A stretch of 55,595 nt of DNA from an uncultured Pseudomonadota bacterium (GCA_949283075.1 CASDRH010000029.1:1-55595); one strand, 5' to 3'. Counted from the stretch's first letter, positions 20,413 to 30,133 are shown. Made by a program: numbers and translations. The notes: generated by a model not told the origin, from the letters alone.

Positions 20413-22143
20413 TTATAATTTTTGGAAATTATCACATATTTCTAATTCATTTGTATTAGAATTCCAACATCTTTTTTCATATGTTGATTCATCATATAAT
20501 GGATATAATTTCATTTCTGAATTGTTTGAATCTAATTCTATATAAAAATATGATGCTGATGGATTAGGAATTCCTTTTGTATCTCTTCCATTATATCCTG
20601 TAATAAGTATTCCTTTTTCTGGTATAAATTTATATAAAAATGGACTGTCATATACCCAGTTTTTATTTGCATCTTCTATCTTATCTTTTATATTCAACAT
20701 TTCAACAATGTTAATATCAGAAGTATTTTCATTAAATTCTTTTGACATATCTGGTATTAGTTTACCTTCAGTTGTTTCTTCTGCAAAACAATCTTCAAAG
20801 TCTTTTTTTACCCAAACAAAACTTGATGTATCCATTAACCAAGAAAAACATCTTGGTGATATTTGTTTTCCATTATATCTTAATATATTATCTTTTTTTT
20901 CAATATAAAAAGAGCTTGTTTCTGAATTAATTGCTTCCTTTGTTTTTTTTATTATATGTTCTAATTCTGGAGCTTTACCTATTGCTAATTTTTTTTTATT
21001 ATCTAATTTGTCAGTTTCGTTATATGAAACTTCTGTTTTTTTTATATCAGATTTAATTACAACAGGAGTATTTTCTGTTTTTTCTGAAGTATTTTTATTA
21101 TTTTTAATAGCCTTATTTAATTCTTCTTCAGAATCATAAATTTTATCTAAGTCTTCATCAAGAGTATATTTAGTTTCTGTTTTTAATAAACTTATTGTAA
21201 GCTTATCTTCTTCGAATTTTATATAATATTCCGTAAGAGTATATTTTTCTTTTGAATAAAATGTAAAGTTTGCCTCAACTAATGAGCTTGATTTATTAAA
21301 CACATATAATACATTTTTGTCTTTATCAAATCTTATAAAAACATCAGAATCCGCTTCTCCACCTTTATTTATATTAGAGTTTCTAAACCAAATGTATTCG
21401 TTATTATTCTTGAATATTTTACTGATTAAATGATCTTTTTCATTTTCTGTTGGTAATAAAAATCCAAATTCTGTACTTACACGACTTAAATTCTTTTTAT
21501 AATACTCGTTAGATATTGTATTTGAGCAATTTATTATTTCTGTTAAAGGAACTGTTCTTTCTTTTTCTATTACACTTGGGTCGAATAAGCATTCTACACT
21601 TAAAGCTTCTGCTTCTGGGTTAAATGGTGGCATAGAAGAATCTTTTACTATTACTAACTGCCCCACTTCACTTAACAAAAATGGATTATATACACTTTCT
21701 ATATTTTTATTTTTGTATATAGGATAATCACAAACTGCTTTATCATTACCACAATATTTGCTATCTAAAAAACTTTTAGAAGCTATTTTAAACTCTTCTT
21801 CTGATAATAGTGCAGCATCTTCTGATAACTTCTCAGTTACCTTTTCTTGATTGTCTGGAGTGATTATTAAAGTATTGTTTATAGAATCACGGAAAACAAC
21901 TGTAAGTTTAATATCATAATCATCAGATATTTGTTTCCAATCATTTTTATGGTCTGTATATTTTACTTTTATTTCTTTTTTAGTATTTTTGTCTTTTGTT
22001 TTATTATCGCTTATCATTTTATCATTACTTGATATCGTTCCTTTTATAGAAAGCGATATAATTGTGATTATAGCTAGAATTATTACAGATATTGATATTA
22101 TTAAATATTTCTTATTTAGTTTTTTATTTGATTTATTTGACAT
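20413..22143 (-). CDS. Hypothetical membrane-anchored protein, paralogue family member 1
   Basis: 576 aa with an N-terminal TM helix. It shares the motif NILRYNGKQISPRCF with the two upstream genes. Confidence 0.6.
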   Translation of the reverse strand: MSNKSNKKLNKKYLIISISVIILAIITIISLSIKGTISSNDKMISDNKTKDKNTKKEIKVKYTDHKNDWKQISDDYDIKLTVVFRDSINNTLIITPDNQEKVTEKLSEDAALLSEEEFKIASKSFLDSKYCGNDKAVCDYPIYKNKNIESVYNPFLLSEVGQLVIVKDSSMPPFNPEAEALSVECLFDPSVIEKERTVPLTEIINCSNTISNEYYKKNLSRVSTEFGFLLPTENEKDHLISKIFKNNNEYIWFRNSNINKGGEADSDVFIRFDKDKNVLYVFNKSSSLVEANFTFYSKEKYTLTEYYIKFEEDKLTISLLKTETKYTLDEDLDKIYDSEEELNKAIKNNKNTSEKTENTPVVIKSDIKKTEVSYNETDKLDNKKKLAIGKAPELEHIIKKTKEAINSETSSFYIEKKDNILRYNGKQISPRCFSWLMDTSSFVWVKKDFEDCFAEETTEGKLIPDMSKEFNENTSDINIVEMLNIKDKIEDANKNWVYDSPFLYKFIPEKGILITGYNGRDTKGIPNPSASYFYIELDSNNSEMKLYPLYDESTYEKRCWNSNTNELEICDNFQKL

Positions 22144-22200
22144 TATTGCTCCTTTATCTTCATAAAATGCTTTGTATTTGTGGTATAAGTTTTACTTTAT

Positions 22201-23382
22201 TTAAAAAGTTTTATCAATAATTATTTCATAATCTTTATCGTTCAATTTCTTTACAGACTTCATATATAAAGCTTTTAATACTAGATTATTTTTAATCTTT
22301 TCAACGAAATATTTTACATAAGTAGATATTTCATCTTCTTTGTTATTTATAGATACTACATATAGGAATTTGTTATCTCCTTCATACCTGTATCCAGAAT
22401 ATGAATCCTTATCTTTATATTTTATGAAATCTTTTGAATCTAGTTCTGGGAATATTCCTTTATCTATTTTTGATATTTCTGCTTCTTCTCCTTTGTCTTT
22501 TGAAAAATCAATACCTGTGAAAATAACTTTCCCATATTTTACTAACAAATTAGACTGGAATTTACTTTCAAATTCGAATTCTTGAACATCTATTAGTAAA
22601 TCTTTATCTATTTTTTTATATTTTTTATCGTATTCTTCTTTATCTTTTTTTAAATCAGATGCTAAAAAGTATAATGAAATTGGATTGATGTTTTGCCCAT
22701 CGAACTTTAATCTTATACCATCGTTTGTAAAACCTTTTTCTTCTTCTGGTTCTGGAGGATATGGTATTACTTCTTTATAAGTTAAGAACTTTAGTTTTAT
22801 ATTTTCTCCATCTTCTTTTATATTATATTTGAATAACTCTGCTGATTGTGATGAAGGGCCATAACTTCCTCCTGGGACAAAACTAATACTGAATACCATA
22901 AGTATATTTTCTTCTTCTATATATGAATATCCGATTTCCCTTTCATTATCATAATACCATTTATGTCCTTTTAACTCTTCAAACAACCCATATTTTTCTA
23001 TCGAAGACATATCGTTTATAATGTAATCTTTATTTACATCATCTGATAAACAATAATATGGACTTTCACTTTCTATATGTTCTTTTGTTAAAATAACTTC
23101 TTCTGGGTTTGGTTTATCATTCCATCTATTATTATAGACTTGGCTATATGCATCAACAAAGCAATATGGATTTAATACTTTTCCTTTATATTTTAATATA
23201 TTGTCTTCTATTTTTAATATTTTATTTTTTAATAAATCATTTTCTATCTTTCTTGCATAATCAACAGATGTTTTTTCTGGATTTTTCAATAATACTATTA
23301 ATGTTATCATTGATAATAGTATTAAAATTATTGCGATTATAAGAAGTAAATTATTCTTGTTTGTATTATATTGTTTTTTCAT
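22201..23382 (-). CDS. Hypothetical membrane-anchored protein, paralogue family member 2
   Basis: 393 aa with an N-terminal TM helix. Contains the motifs NILKYKGKVLNPYCF and GHKWYYDNEREIGYSYIEEENILMVF. Confidence 0.6.
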   Translation of the reverse strand: MKKQYNTNKNNLLLIIAIILILLSMITLIVLLKNPEKTSVDYARKIENDLLKNKILKIEDNILKYKGKVLNPYCFVDAYSQVYNNRWNDKPNPEEVILTKEHIESESPYYCLSDDVNKDYIINDMSSIEKYGLFEELKGHKWYYDNEREIGYSYIEEENILMVFSISFVPGGSYGPSSQSAELFKYNIKEDGENIKLKFLTYKEVIPYPPEPEEEKGFTNDGIRLKFDGQNINPISLYFLASDLKKDKEEYDKKYKKIDKDLLIDVQEFEFESKFQSNLLVKYGKVIFTGIDFSKDKGEEAEISKIDKGIFPELDSKDFIKYKDKDSYSGYRYEGDNKFLYVVSINNKEDEISTYVKYFVEKIKNNLVLKALYMKSVKKLNDKDYEIIIDKTF

Positions 23383-23397
23383 TTTATGCCCATTTTT

Positions 23398-24060
23398 TTA
23401 ATTTATTGTCCATTGAATTGGGGAGCTTAAATCTCCTGTATCTTGCGAATTTGCTGTTTTAGTATCTTTTAAAATTAACTCTATTTTATCATTTGATATT
23501 TTTATTTCGTATATTTTTAGAGAAGCAAATGAACCAACTGACACGTGATTTATTTCAATTAGCATAAATTTATTTTCATCTTCACTATATGAATATCCGA
23601 TTTCTCTTATATTATCATAATACCAAAAATATCCTTCTGTTTCTGGGAAAATATCGTTATTATCTTCTTCTGATAAGAATTTAATTTCATATATTGAATC
23701 TAATTTGTCTTCTTCATTTTTTAATAAATTCTTACACTCATCCATATCAGCACTGGTTATTATTTTTGTATTTTCTAAATTGTCTATAAAACAATAAGGT
23801 TTTATAATCCAATTGTGATATTGTAATAACGGAATTAAATCATTATTATTTGTTGAGAAAATATAGTAATTATCATTTTCTGATTTTTCTTCATTGTTAG
23901 ATGTTTGAATTTTTGTAATATCTTCTGATACCTCTGTATTTTTACTTAATTTTGTATTAAAAATCTTACTATCTTTTAATGTATACAATGATATTACTAA
24001 CAAGATGAATATGCTTATTAATATAAATATTTTTGACTTTTTATTTTTGAATAACTTCAT
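23398..24060 (-). CDS. Hypothetical membrane-anchored protein, paralogue family member 3
   Basis: 220 aa with an N-terminal TM helix. Contains the motifs LLQYHNWIIKPYCF and GYFWYYDNIREIGYSYSEDENKFMLI. Confidence 0.6.
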   Translation of the reverse strand: MKLFKNKKSKIFILISIFILLVISLYTLKDSKIFNTKLSKNTEVSEDITKIQTSNNEEKSENDNYYIFSTNNNDLIPLLQYHNWIIKPYCFIDNLENTKIITSADMDECKNLLKNEEDKLDSIYEIKFLSEEDNNDIFPETEGYFWYYDNIREIGYSYSEDENKFMLIEINHVSVGSFASLKIYEIKISNDKIELILKDTKTANSQDTGDLSSPIQWTIN

Positions 24061-24178
24061 TTTTTCTCCTATCGCATTAACTTTTTATTAGGTTAACATT
24101 TACAAAATATATAGTCAATTTATATATATGTATTTATTGATTTATTTACAAAAAATAAAAAATATTCTTATTTTGTTC

Positions 24179-24207
24179 TTGACTTATATATGCCAGTATA
24201 TTATATT
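24179..24207 (+). promoter_or_regulatory. Candidate sigma70 promoter in front of the phage-like structural module
   Basis: TTGACT (24179-24184), 17 nt spacer, TATATT (24202-24207). Confidence 0.45.
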
Positions 24208-24246
24208 GTTTTTCGTTAATAGGATAATTGTGTCCAATATTATTTT

Positions 24247-24272
24247 AAGCTGGTTTATTGCCAGCTTTTTTA
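24247..24272 (+). terminator. Intrinsic-terminator-like hairpin inside the leader of the structural module
   Basis: AAGCTGG (24247-24253) pairs with CCAGCTT (24261-24267) and is followed by a T-run. It lies between the promoter and the GGAG RBS of the 24290 ORF. Confidence 0.5.
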
Positions 24273-24289
24273 TTTAATGGAGCTTAAAA

Positions 24290-24568
24290 ATGGTTAGTTT
24301 ATATTTACTTTGTTTTAGTATCTTTATAATCCAAATTTTTATTGTGATTGTTTTTAGATATATGCTTAATAGTTATAGAAAATATTTTGATGATAATATT
24401 ATTAAATTTTATGAAACTATGTTAAATGAAGTATATGAAATATATCTACATATATTTGAATACAAGATATTTATTCAAGATAATTATGCTTCATTTAAAG
24501 ATTTAGAAAAGATGCAAAAAAATATTGATAGTAAGATTAAGGACATATCAAAGATAAAATATATTTAA
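24290..24568 (+). CDS. Small membrane protein (hypothetical)
   Basis: 92 aa with an N-terminal TM helix and a GGAG RBS. Confidence 0.45.
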   Translation: MVSLYLLCFSIFIIQIFIVIVFRYMLNSYRKYFDDNIIKFYETMLNEVYEIYLHIFEYKIFIQDNYASFKDLEKMQKNIDSKIKDISKIKYI

Positions 24569-24598
24569 GTTTAGTTTATATTTAGTTCGAGGTAAATT

Positions 24599-25357
24599 AT
24601 GGAAAATATACAAAATAATAATTCTGAATATTCTTATAAAGGTTATAAAATTCCTGAAAAATTTATTGATAGTAAATCTGGCAAAATAAGGATTGATGCT
24701 TTAATTAAGTCATATTTAGAATTAGAAAAGATGTTAAGTAATCGTGAAAAATATTATAATAAATTTGTGAATGATAGCTCTGATAAATCAGATAATATTT
24801 TAAGCAAATCTTTGCAAGATGAAGATGATAATGTAATTGATCCAAATGATATTGTTATAAAATTAAATTCTGGAATTGTTCAAAATTGTGTAAAAATGAA
24901 TCAAGAGTTATTGCATAATGGTTTTAATATTGAACAGATTCAAAAGGTTTATGAAATAATTGAAGATTGGGTTTTACCAGAATTTATTGATTTTGCTAAA
25001 CAAATGTATTTTGATAACGAAATTGAAAAGTTAAATAATACTTTTGGTGGTGCTGATAAATTTGAATTAGTTGCAAATCAATTATACAAATGGGCTGTTA
25101 AAAATTTAAGTTCTGATGTTTTGAAAATTCTTGCAAGTTCTTATAATGGTATTGTTGCTATGTATTATATGATGATTAAATCTGAACCTATGGTTGATAC
25201 AATACTTGCAGATATTGACGGGAACTTATATACAGAAGATAATTTAAAACAAATGATGAAAAATCCTAAATATTGGTTGCAAAAAGACCCTGATTTCATT
25301 CGTCAGGTATCAGATGGTTTTAAACAATTATATGGTAATCAGGCTTATTTAAAATAA
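24599..25357 (+). CDS. Phage scaffolding protein (T7 gp9-like)
   Basis: 252 aa, acidic and helical, located upstream of the capsid gene. The C-terminal GGADKFELV...LKQMMKNPKYW..DPDFIRQV resembles, from memory, the conserved C-terminal part of T7-group scaffolds. Confidence 0.6.
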   Translation: MENIQNNNSEYSYKGYKIPEKFIDSKSGKIRIDALIKSYLELEKMLSNREKYYNKFVNDSSDKSDNILSKSLQDEDDNVIDPNDIVIKLNSGIVQNCVKMNQELLHNGFNIEQIQKVYEIIEDWVLPEFIDFAKQMYFDNEIEKLNNTFGGADKFELVANQLYKWAVKNLSSDVLKILASSYNGIVAMYYMMIKSEPMVDTILADIDGNLYTEDNLKQMMKNPKYWLQKDPDFIRQVSDGFKQLYGNQAYLK

Positions 25358-25581
25358 ATTTTATAAAATTGACAGTTTTTATTTTTGTTAAGTTAATTCT
25401 TGCTTGTTTTTTCAATAAGATATATACTTTTAAAGTCGTTTGATGAAAAAATGCTTTTATTCATTATTTTTGTATATTTATCATACATTTAATACAAACG
25501 ATTTTAGTTATATGATTTTTGCCAATTTGTAGAGTAACCCATTTTGTTTTTATGGCAAAATTTAATTAAGGATTTATTAAG

Positions 25582-26274
25582 ATGAAAAAAAATGATTATA
25601 AAAATAATCAAGCAGATAATATTAACAAAAAAAACAAATCTGCTTTTAGAAAATTTGTTGATGAATATTTAACTGTTAAAAATGTATTATATTATTATAC
25701 TATCGGTATTATATCTTTTTGTTTAGTTTCAAAAAGTATTGATATACTTGAACATACGGAGGTTTTGAATATCCCTGTGCGTTCAATGTTCTTAATTGAT
25801 ATCGGTAATTTATTATATGATATTACTATTTATTTAGTCCCTGCTTTGTTTATTGGTGCTATGAGTAAAATTATTCGCAAAAAAAGTCAGGGTCGTAAAA
25901 TTGGCTATATTATGACTCAAGGTTTAAAGAAAAAAATATTCTTGTCTTGCTTATTTGCTTTGGCAAATTGTGGGGCTCATATAGCTGTGTTTGAAGGTAT
26001 TACTTTTTCTCATATAGCTTATACTTTTTTATTTTCTTTCTTTATTATGCTTTTGACTATGTCTGCTTTTTTAGGCTTGTTCAAAGAATTGCTTCCTGTA
26101 TTGGATATGGATTTACAACGCAGACCTTCTAATCCTAATAAAAACAAAAATGTTAAAAATTATAATGCTAATAATATGCCTAGCTTAAATGGTATTAACT
26201 TTCAAAATGGTAATTTTGTTGAAAAAGTTAAACGTAAAAACTTTTCTTATCAAAATGATGATTCCAATAATTAA
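25582..26274 (+). CDS. Polytopic membrane protein (hypothetical), inserted between the scaffold and capsid genes
   Basis: 230 aa with about 4 predicted TM segments and an AAGGA RBS. Two terminator hairpins follow it. Confidence 0.55.
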   Translation: MKKNDYKNNQADNINKKNKSAFRKFVDEYLTVKNVLYYYTIGIISFCLVSKSIDILEHTEVLNIPVRSMFLIDIGNLLYDITIYLVPALFIGAMSKIIRKKSQGRKIGYIMTQGLKKKIFLSCLFALANCGAHIAVFEGITFSHIAYTFLFSFFIMLLTMSAFLGLFKELLPVLDMDLQRRPSNPNKNKNVKNYNANNMPSLNGINFQNGNFVEKVKRKNFSYQNDDSNN

Positions 26275-26279
26275 TTATT

Positions 26280-26305
26280 ACCGGATTTTTTAGTCCGGTT
26301 TTTAT
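26280..26305 (+). terminator. Intrinsic terminator
   Basis: ACCGGA (26280-26285) pairs with TCCGGT (26294-26299), followed by a T-run. Confidence 0.6.
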
Positions 26306-26327
26306 TTATTATTTAAAAATAAAATTT

Positions 26328-26365
26328 AACCCTTTTGTTTTCAGAAGGGTTTAATTTTCTTTTTA
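26328..26365 (+). terminator. Second intrinsic-terminator-like hairpin
   Basis: AACCCTT (26328-26334) pairs with AAGGGTT (26345-26351), followed by a T-rich tract. Confidence 0.5.
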
Positions 26366-26401
26366 TTTAATTTCCTTATTCACAATAAAAAGAAATATCT
26401 T

Positions 26402-26515
26402 GTGAAGAAAAATAATGGTGATATCAATACATTTCTCCTTTATCTTTTGTTTATTTTTGTTCAAAAATTCTTAGTTTGTAAAAACTTCTTTATCACCACT
26501 TTTCTTCACTTTTAT
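26402..26515 (+). promoter_or_regulatory. Structured leader upstream of the capsid gene: a long stem enclosing a C/U-rich loop
   Basis: GTGAAGAAAA (26402-26411) pairs with TTTTCTTCAC (26500-26509), and TGGTGATA (26416-26423) pairs with TATCACCA (26491-26498). The 67-nt loop contains TTTCTCCTTTATC, and a T-run follows. Confidence 0.45.
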
Positions 26516-26647
26516 ATAAAGATTTAGGAGTTTTATTTTAAAGTTATTAAAGGCGTTTTCGTTCTTTTTTATAAATTGAATATTAACACAACCTTTGATT
26601 ATTTATTTAATTTTGAAATTTTATATTTAATTATGAAAGGAATTTTA

Positions 26648-27472
26648 ATGTCTGAAAATAGTATTGAAAATGCTTTTATAAAGCAATTTGAAGCTGAGGT
26701 CCATTTGGCTTATCAACAAACTGGAACTAAATTACGTCAGACTGTTAGAAATAAATCTAATGTTGTTGGCGCTACAACTGTGTTCCAAAAAGTTGGTAGA
26801 GGAACTGCTTCTACTAAACAAAGAAATCAACCTATTACTACAATGAATCTTGATTACACCTCTGTTGAATGTAATTTACAAGATTATTATGCCGGTGATT
26901 GGATTGATGCTTTAGACGAAATTAAAACAAATATTGATGAACGTAAAGTTATTGCTTCCGCAGGAGCTTATGCTTTGGGTCGAAAAACTGACGAGTTGAT
27001 TATTACTGAATTAGAAAAAGCAACTCAAATCATCGATGTTGCTGATTCAGGTTTAACAAAAGATAAAATTATGGCGGCTATTGAATTATTAAATGCTGCC
27101 GAAGTCCCTGATGATGGTCAACGCTTCGGTGTAGTCGGTGTTCATCAATGGAATGAATTATTAAAAATTGAGGAGTTTTCATCTGCTTCTTATGTTGGTG
27201 AAAATTATCCTTTCTTAAACGGTTTTGAAAATCGTAAATGGATGGGAATTATCTGGTTATTACATACTGGTCTGCCTTTGTCTGATACAAATCGTAGCTG
27301 CTTTATTTATCATAAGCACTCTATCGGACATGCTTGCGGTCAAGATGTAAAAACTGATATTTTCTGGAATGGAGAATGTGCGGCTTATTTTGTTTCTAAT
27401 TCTATGAGCCAAGGTTCTGCAATAATAGATCAAACTGGTATCGTTAAAATTTTATGTAAAGATACTGCTTAA
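26648..27472 (+). CDS. Phage major capsid protein (HK97 fold, T7 gp10-like class)
   Basis: 274 aa from the ATG at 26648 (AAAGGA RBS). The N-terminal FIKQFEAEVHLAYQQTGTKLRQTVR...FQKVGRG...DYYAGDWIDALDE...GRKTDELII parallels the gp10-type pattern. It sits between the scaffold and tail-adaptor genes. Confidence 0.75.
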   Translation: MSENSIENAFIKQFEAEVHLAYQQTGTKLRQTVRNKSNVVGATTVFQKVGRGTASTKQRNQPITTMNLDYTSVECNLQDYYAGDWIDALDEIKTNIDERKVIASAGAYALGRKTDELIITELEKATQIIDVADSGLTKDKIMAAIELLNAAEVPDDGQRFGVVGVHQWNELLKIEEFSSASYVGENYPFLNGFENRKWMGIIWLLHTGLPLSDTNRSCFIYHKHSIGHACGQDVKTDIFWNGECAAYFVSNSMSQGSAIIDQTGIVKILCKDTA

Positions 27473-27528
27473 TAAATTTGTTTATTGATTGAATCTTTAT
27501 TTTTTGTTTGAATAGAATTATTGATTTC

Positions 27529-27560
27529 GGAGTCGTGATTTTTTTACGGCTCCTTTTATT
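27529..27560 (+). terminator. Intrinsic terminator immediately after the capsid gene
   Basis: GGAGTCGT (27529-27536) pairs with ACGGCTCC (27546-27553), followed by TTTTATTTT. Confidence 0.6.
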
Positions 27561-27586
27561 TTAATTTTTAATTAATGGTTTTTATT

Positions 27587-28150
27587 ATGGCTTTATCTAA
27601 AATTGATTTATGTTCAAAGGCTTTGTTGAAAATCGGAGCTTTTCCAATTTCTTCTTTTGATGGTGATACTCCAGAGCAAATTATTTCTGACCACTTATAT
27701 TATGTTGTAAAACACCAGTTGTTATCTGAATATAATTGGAGTTTTGCTACAATACAGCGTGAGTTAAATATGATAAATGCTAAGCCTTTGTTTAATTTTA
27801 AATATGTATTCACTTTGCCAGAAGATGTAATTTCTGTTATAACTGCTGATAATTTATGTGGTGGTAAAATTGATTATAAAATCGTTAAAGATGAATTACA
27901 TACTAATTCTGATAATGTGCTTTTAAAATATGTGTATGATTGTCCAGAAGAATATTTTTCTTCCGACTTCATTACTCTGATTATTGAAAAATTAGCGGGT
28001 GAATTCGCTATACCTTTAACTGAAAATACTGCAAAAGCTAATTACTTTTTGAATAATGCTAATCTTTTATTATTAAAAGCTAAATCAAAAGATGGCTTAC
28101 AAAAAAAGCCTAGTTCTATTAAAAACTTTGTTTTAAGTGATGTCAGATAA
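27587..28150 (+). CDS. Tail tubular protein A / adaptor (T7 gp11-like)
   Basis: 187 aa (an alternative ATG lies at 27575). The N-terminal CSKALLKIGAFPISSFDGDTPEQ matches the gp11 pattern (xxILASIGExPVxxLEGD). The size and position are as in T7-like phages. Confidence 0.7.
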   Translation: MALSKIDLCSKALLKIGAFPISSFDGDTPEQIISDHLYYVVKHQLLSEYNWSFATIQRELNMINAKPLFNFKYVFTLPEDVISVITADNLCGGKIDYKIVKDELHTNSDNVLLKYVYDCPEEYFSSDFITLIIEKLAGEFAIPLTENTAKANYFLNNANLLLLKAKSKDGLQKKPSSIKNFVLSDVR

Positions 28151-28176
28151 TCTGTCTGATTTTTATTTAATGTTTT

Positions 28177-30117
28177 ATGAAAAGGATTTTTATTATGGGT
28201 AAAATTACAAAGACTTCTAGTAGCTTTTCTTTCGGGGAGGTATCCCCTGATTTAGTTTCAAGAGAAGATTTGGGAACTTATGAAAAAGGGGCTATGGTTT
28301 TAGAAAATTTTGTTGTGTCTGTTATTGGCGGTATTAAACGCAGAAGTGGTTTAGAATTTTTACATAAATTATCTGGTAATGGTAGATTGATTGAATTTCA
28401 TATTGATGAGCAAAATTCTTACTGTATTGTTTTAACAAATTTGAAAATTTCTATTTTTAAAAATGGTAAATTTATTTTTAATATCCCTGCCCCTTGGATT
28501 GAAAGTGATATAAAAGATATTCAATGGGTGCAAAATGAAAATGAATTATTGTTGGTTCATTTTAAATACCCTCCTCGTATTTTGAAAATGAAGTCTGAAA
28601 ACGAATGGATGTTAAATGAATGGGATACTTTGCAAATAGGTGTTAAAAATACTTTGATGCCTTTTGCAAACTTTATAAAAACTTCTGGTATATCTTTTAC
28701 TGTTAATCGTGTTGGCGATAATTTAAGCAAAAATGCTAATATTGTTGCTAGCGATAATTTCTTTTTTAAAGAATATGTTGGTATTCATTTAAAAATTAAC
28801 AATGGATTTTTTCGTGTCACTGAATTTGTTGATGAAAAAACTATGAATTTAGAAATTATAAAAGAACCTGAAAATTTTAATCCTGTTTTTTCTTTTGAAG
28901 AACAAGTTTTTTCTCATTTAAGAGGTTATCCTAAATCAATTACTTTTTATCAAAACAGATTGATTATTGGCTGATCTCGTGATTTACCTTCAAGAATTTG
29001 GATGAGTAAAATTGGAGATTATTTTAATTTTGAACTTGGTGAAGGTTTAGATGATGATGCTATCATATTTGATATTATATCTGATAAACCTGAAATTATT
29101 CAGTCAATTTTTGCCGGTAAACATTTACAGGTTTTTACAACTGATTCTGAATGGGTTATTACTTCTTTTCCTATGACTCCTGCTAGTGTGCAGTTGAAAA
29201 AACAAACTGGAATTGGTTCAATTTCTTCTAGATACATTCCTCCAATGTTTATTGAAGGTTCGACTATGTTCATAGCAAAAAATGGGGTTGAAATTCGTGA
29301 GTTCTTATTCGGCGAAGTTGAACAGGCTTATTCTTCTTTTGACCAAACCGTTCTTTCAAAACACTTGATGCGTTTCCCTTTGGACCAAGCATACGATATT
29401 ACTAACAGAACTTTATATATACCTATGAAAGACGGCTCTATGGCTGTTTTGACTATTAATAAAGATTATGGATTGCGTGCTTGGAGTAAATTTACTACCG
29501 CAGGGAAGTTTTTATCTGTTGCTATTGTTGGGGATAAAACTTATGTAATGGTTCAGAGAAATGATGAAGTCTTTTTAGAATGGTTTAATGATAAAGTTAA
29601 TACTGATTGTTGTATAAAAATTATTGCTGATGATGATTTGAATAATAAAGATATAAATGTTAGTCATCTTAAAAATAAAGTCGTTTATGTTATAGAAGAT
29701 AATATTATTTATCCTGTTCAAAAATTATCTGATAATATTTATCATTTGAAAAATTCAGATGCTGAAAATTTAGAAATAGGTTTGCCTTATATACATACTT
29801 ATGTTCCTTTGCCTCCAATTTTTTCTGGTAATAAATCTGCTAAAAAAGTTATGTTAATAAATGTTGTATTCAGGCTTATGAATTCAAAATATCTATCTGT
29901 TGATACTGGATATGGTATTAGATTTATTCATTTGGATAAATACAATAAAAATGACTTTTTTAATCAAATCGGAAAAAATAAAACTCTTGATGTTGAGGTT
30001 AAATCTTTCGGTTGGAAGCATTCTTTTAATGAACCTGTTTTTAAAATTCAGTCCGCTGTTCCAGCGAATTTTCAAATAGTATCCGTGCAAGCAAATTATC
30101 AAATGGAATCTTTTTAA
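28177..30117 (+). pseudogene. Tail tubular protein B / nozzle (T7 gp12-like), interrupted by one in-frame TGA
   Basis: ORFs 28177-28974 and 29002-30117 are in the same frame, separated only by the TGA at 28972-28974. The sequence across the stop, YQNRLIIG*SRDLPSRIWMSKIGDYFNF, corresponds to the conserved gp12 segment RNRLxFxxG...SxxxxYFNF. Confidence 0.6.
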
Positions 30118-30133
30118 TTTATAGGAGCGTTTT

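Noticed and set aside
28972-28974. The in-frame TGA in the nozzle gene could be evidence of UGA reassignment (genetic code 4 or 25) or phage-specific stop-codon recoding.
   Set aside because: About 55 other ORFs in the window, including long ones (EF-G 695 aa, PBP1A 963 aa, TpsA 1062 aa), are uninterrupted under the standard code. TGG is used for Trp, and TGA terminates the TpsA-like ORF. The neighbouring interrupted genes carry TAA and TAG, and all three stops cannot be reassigned together.
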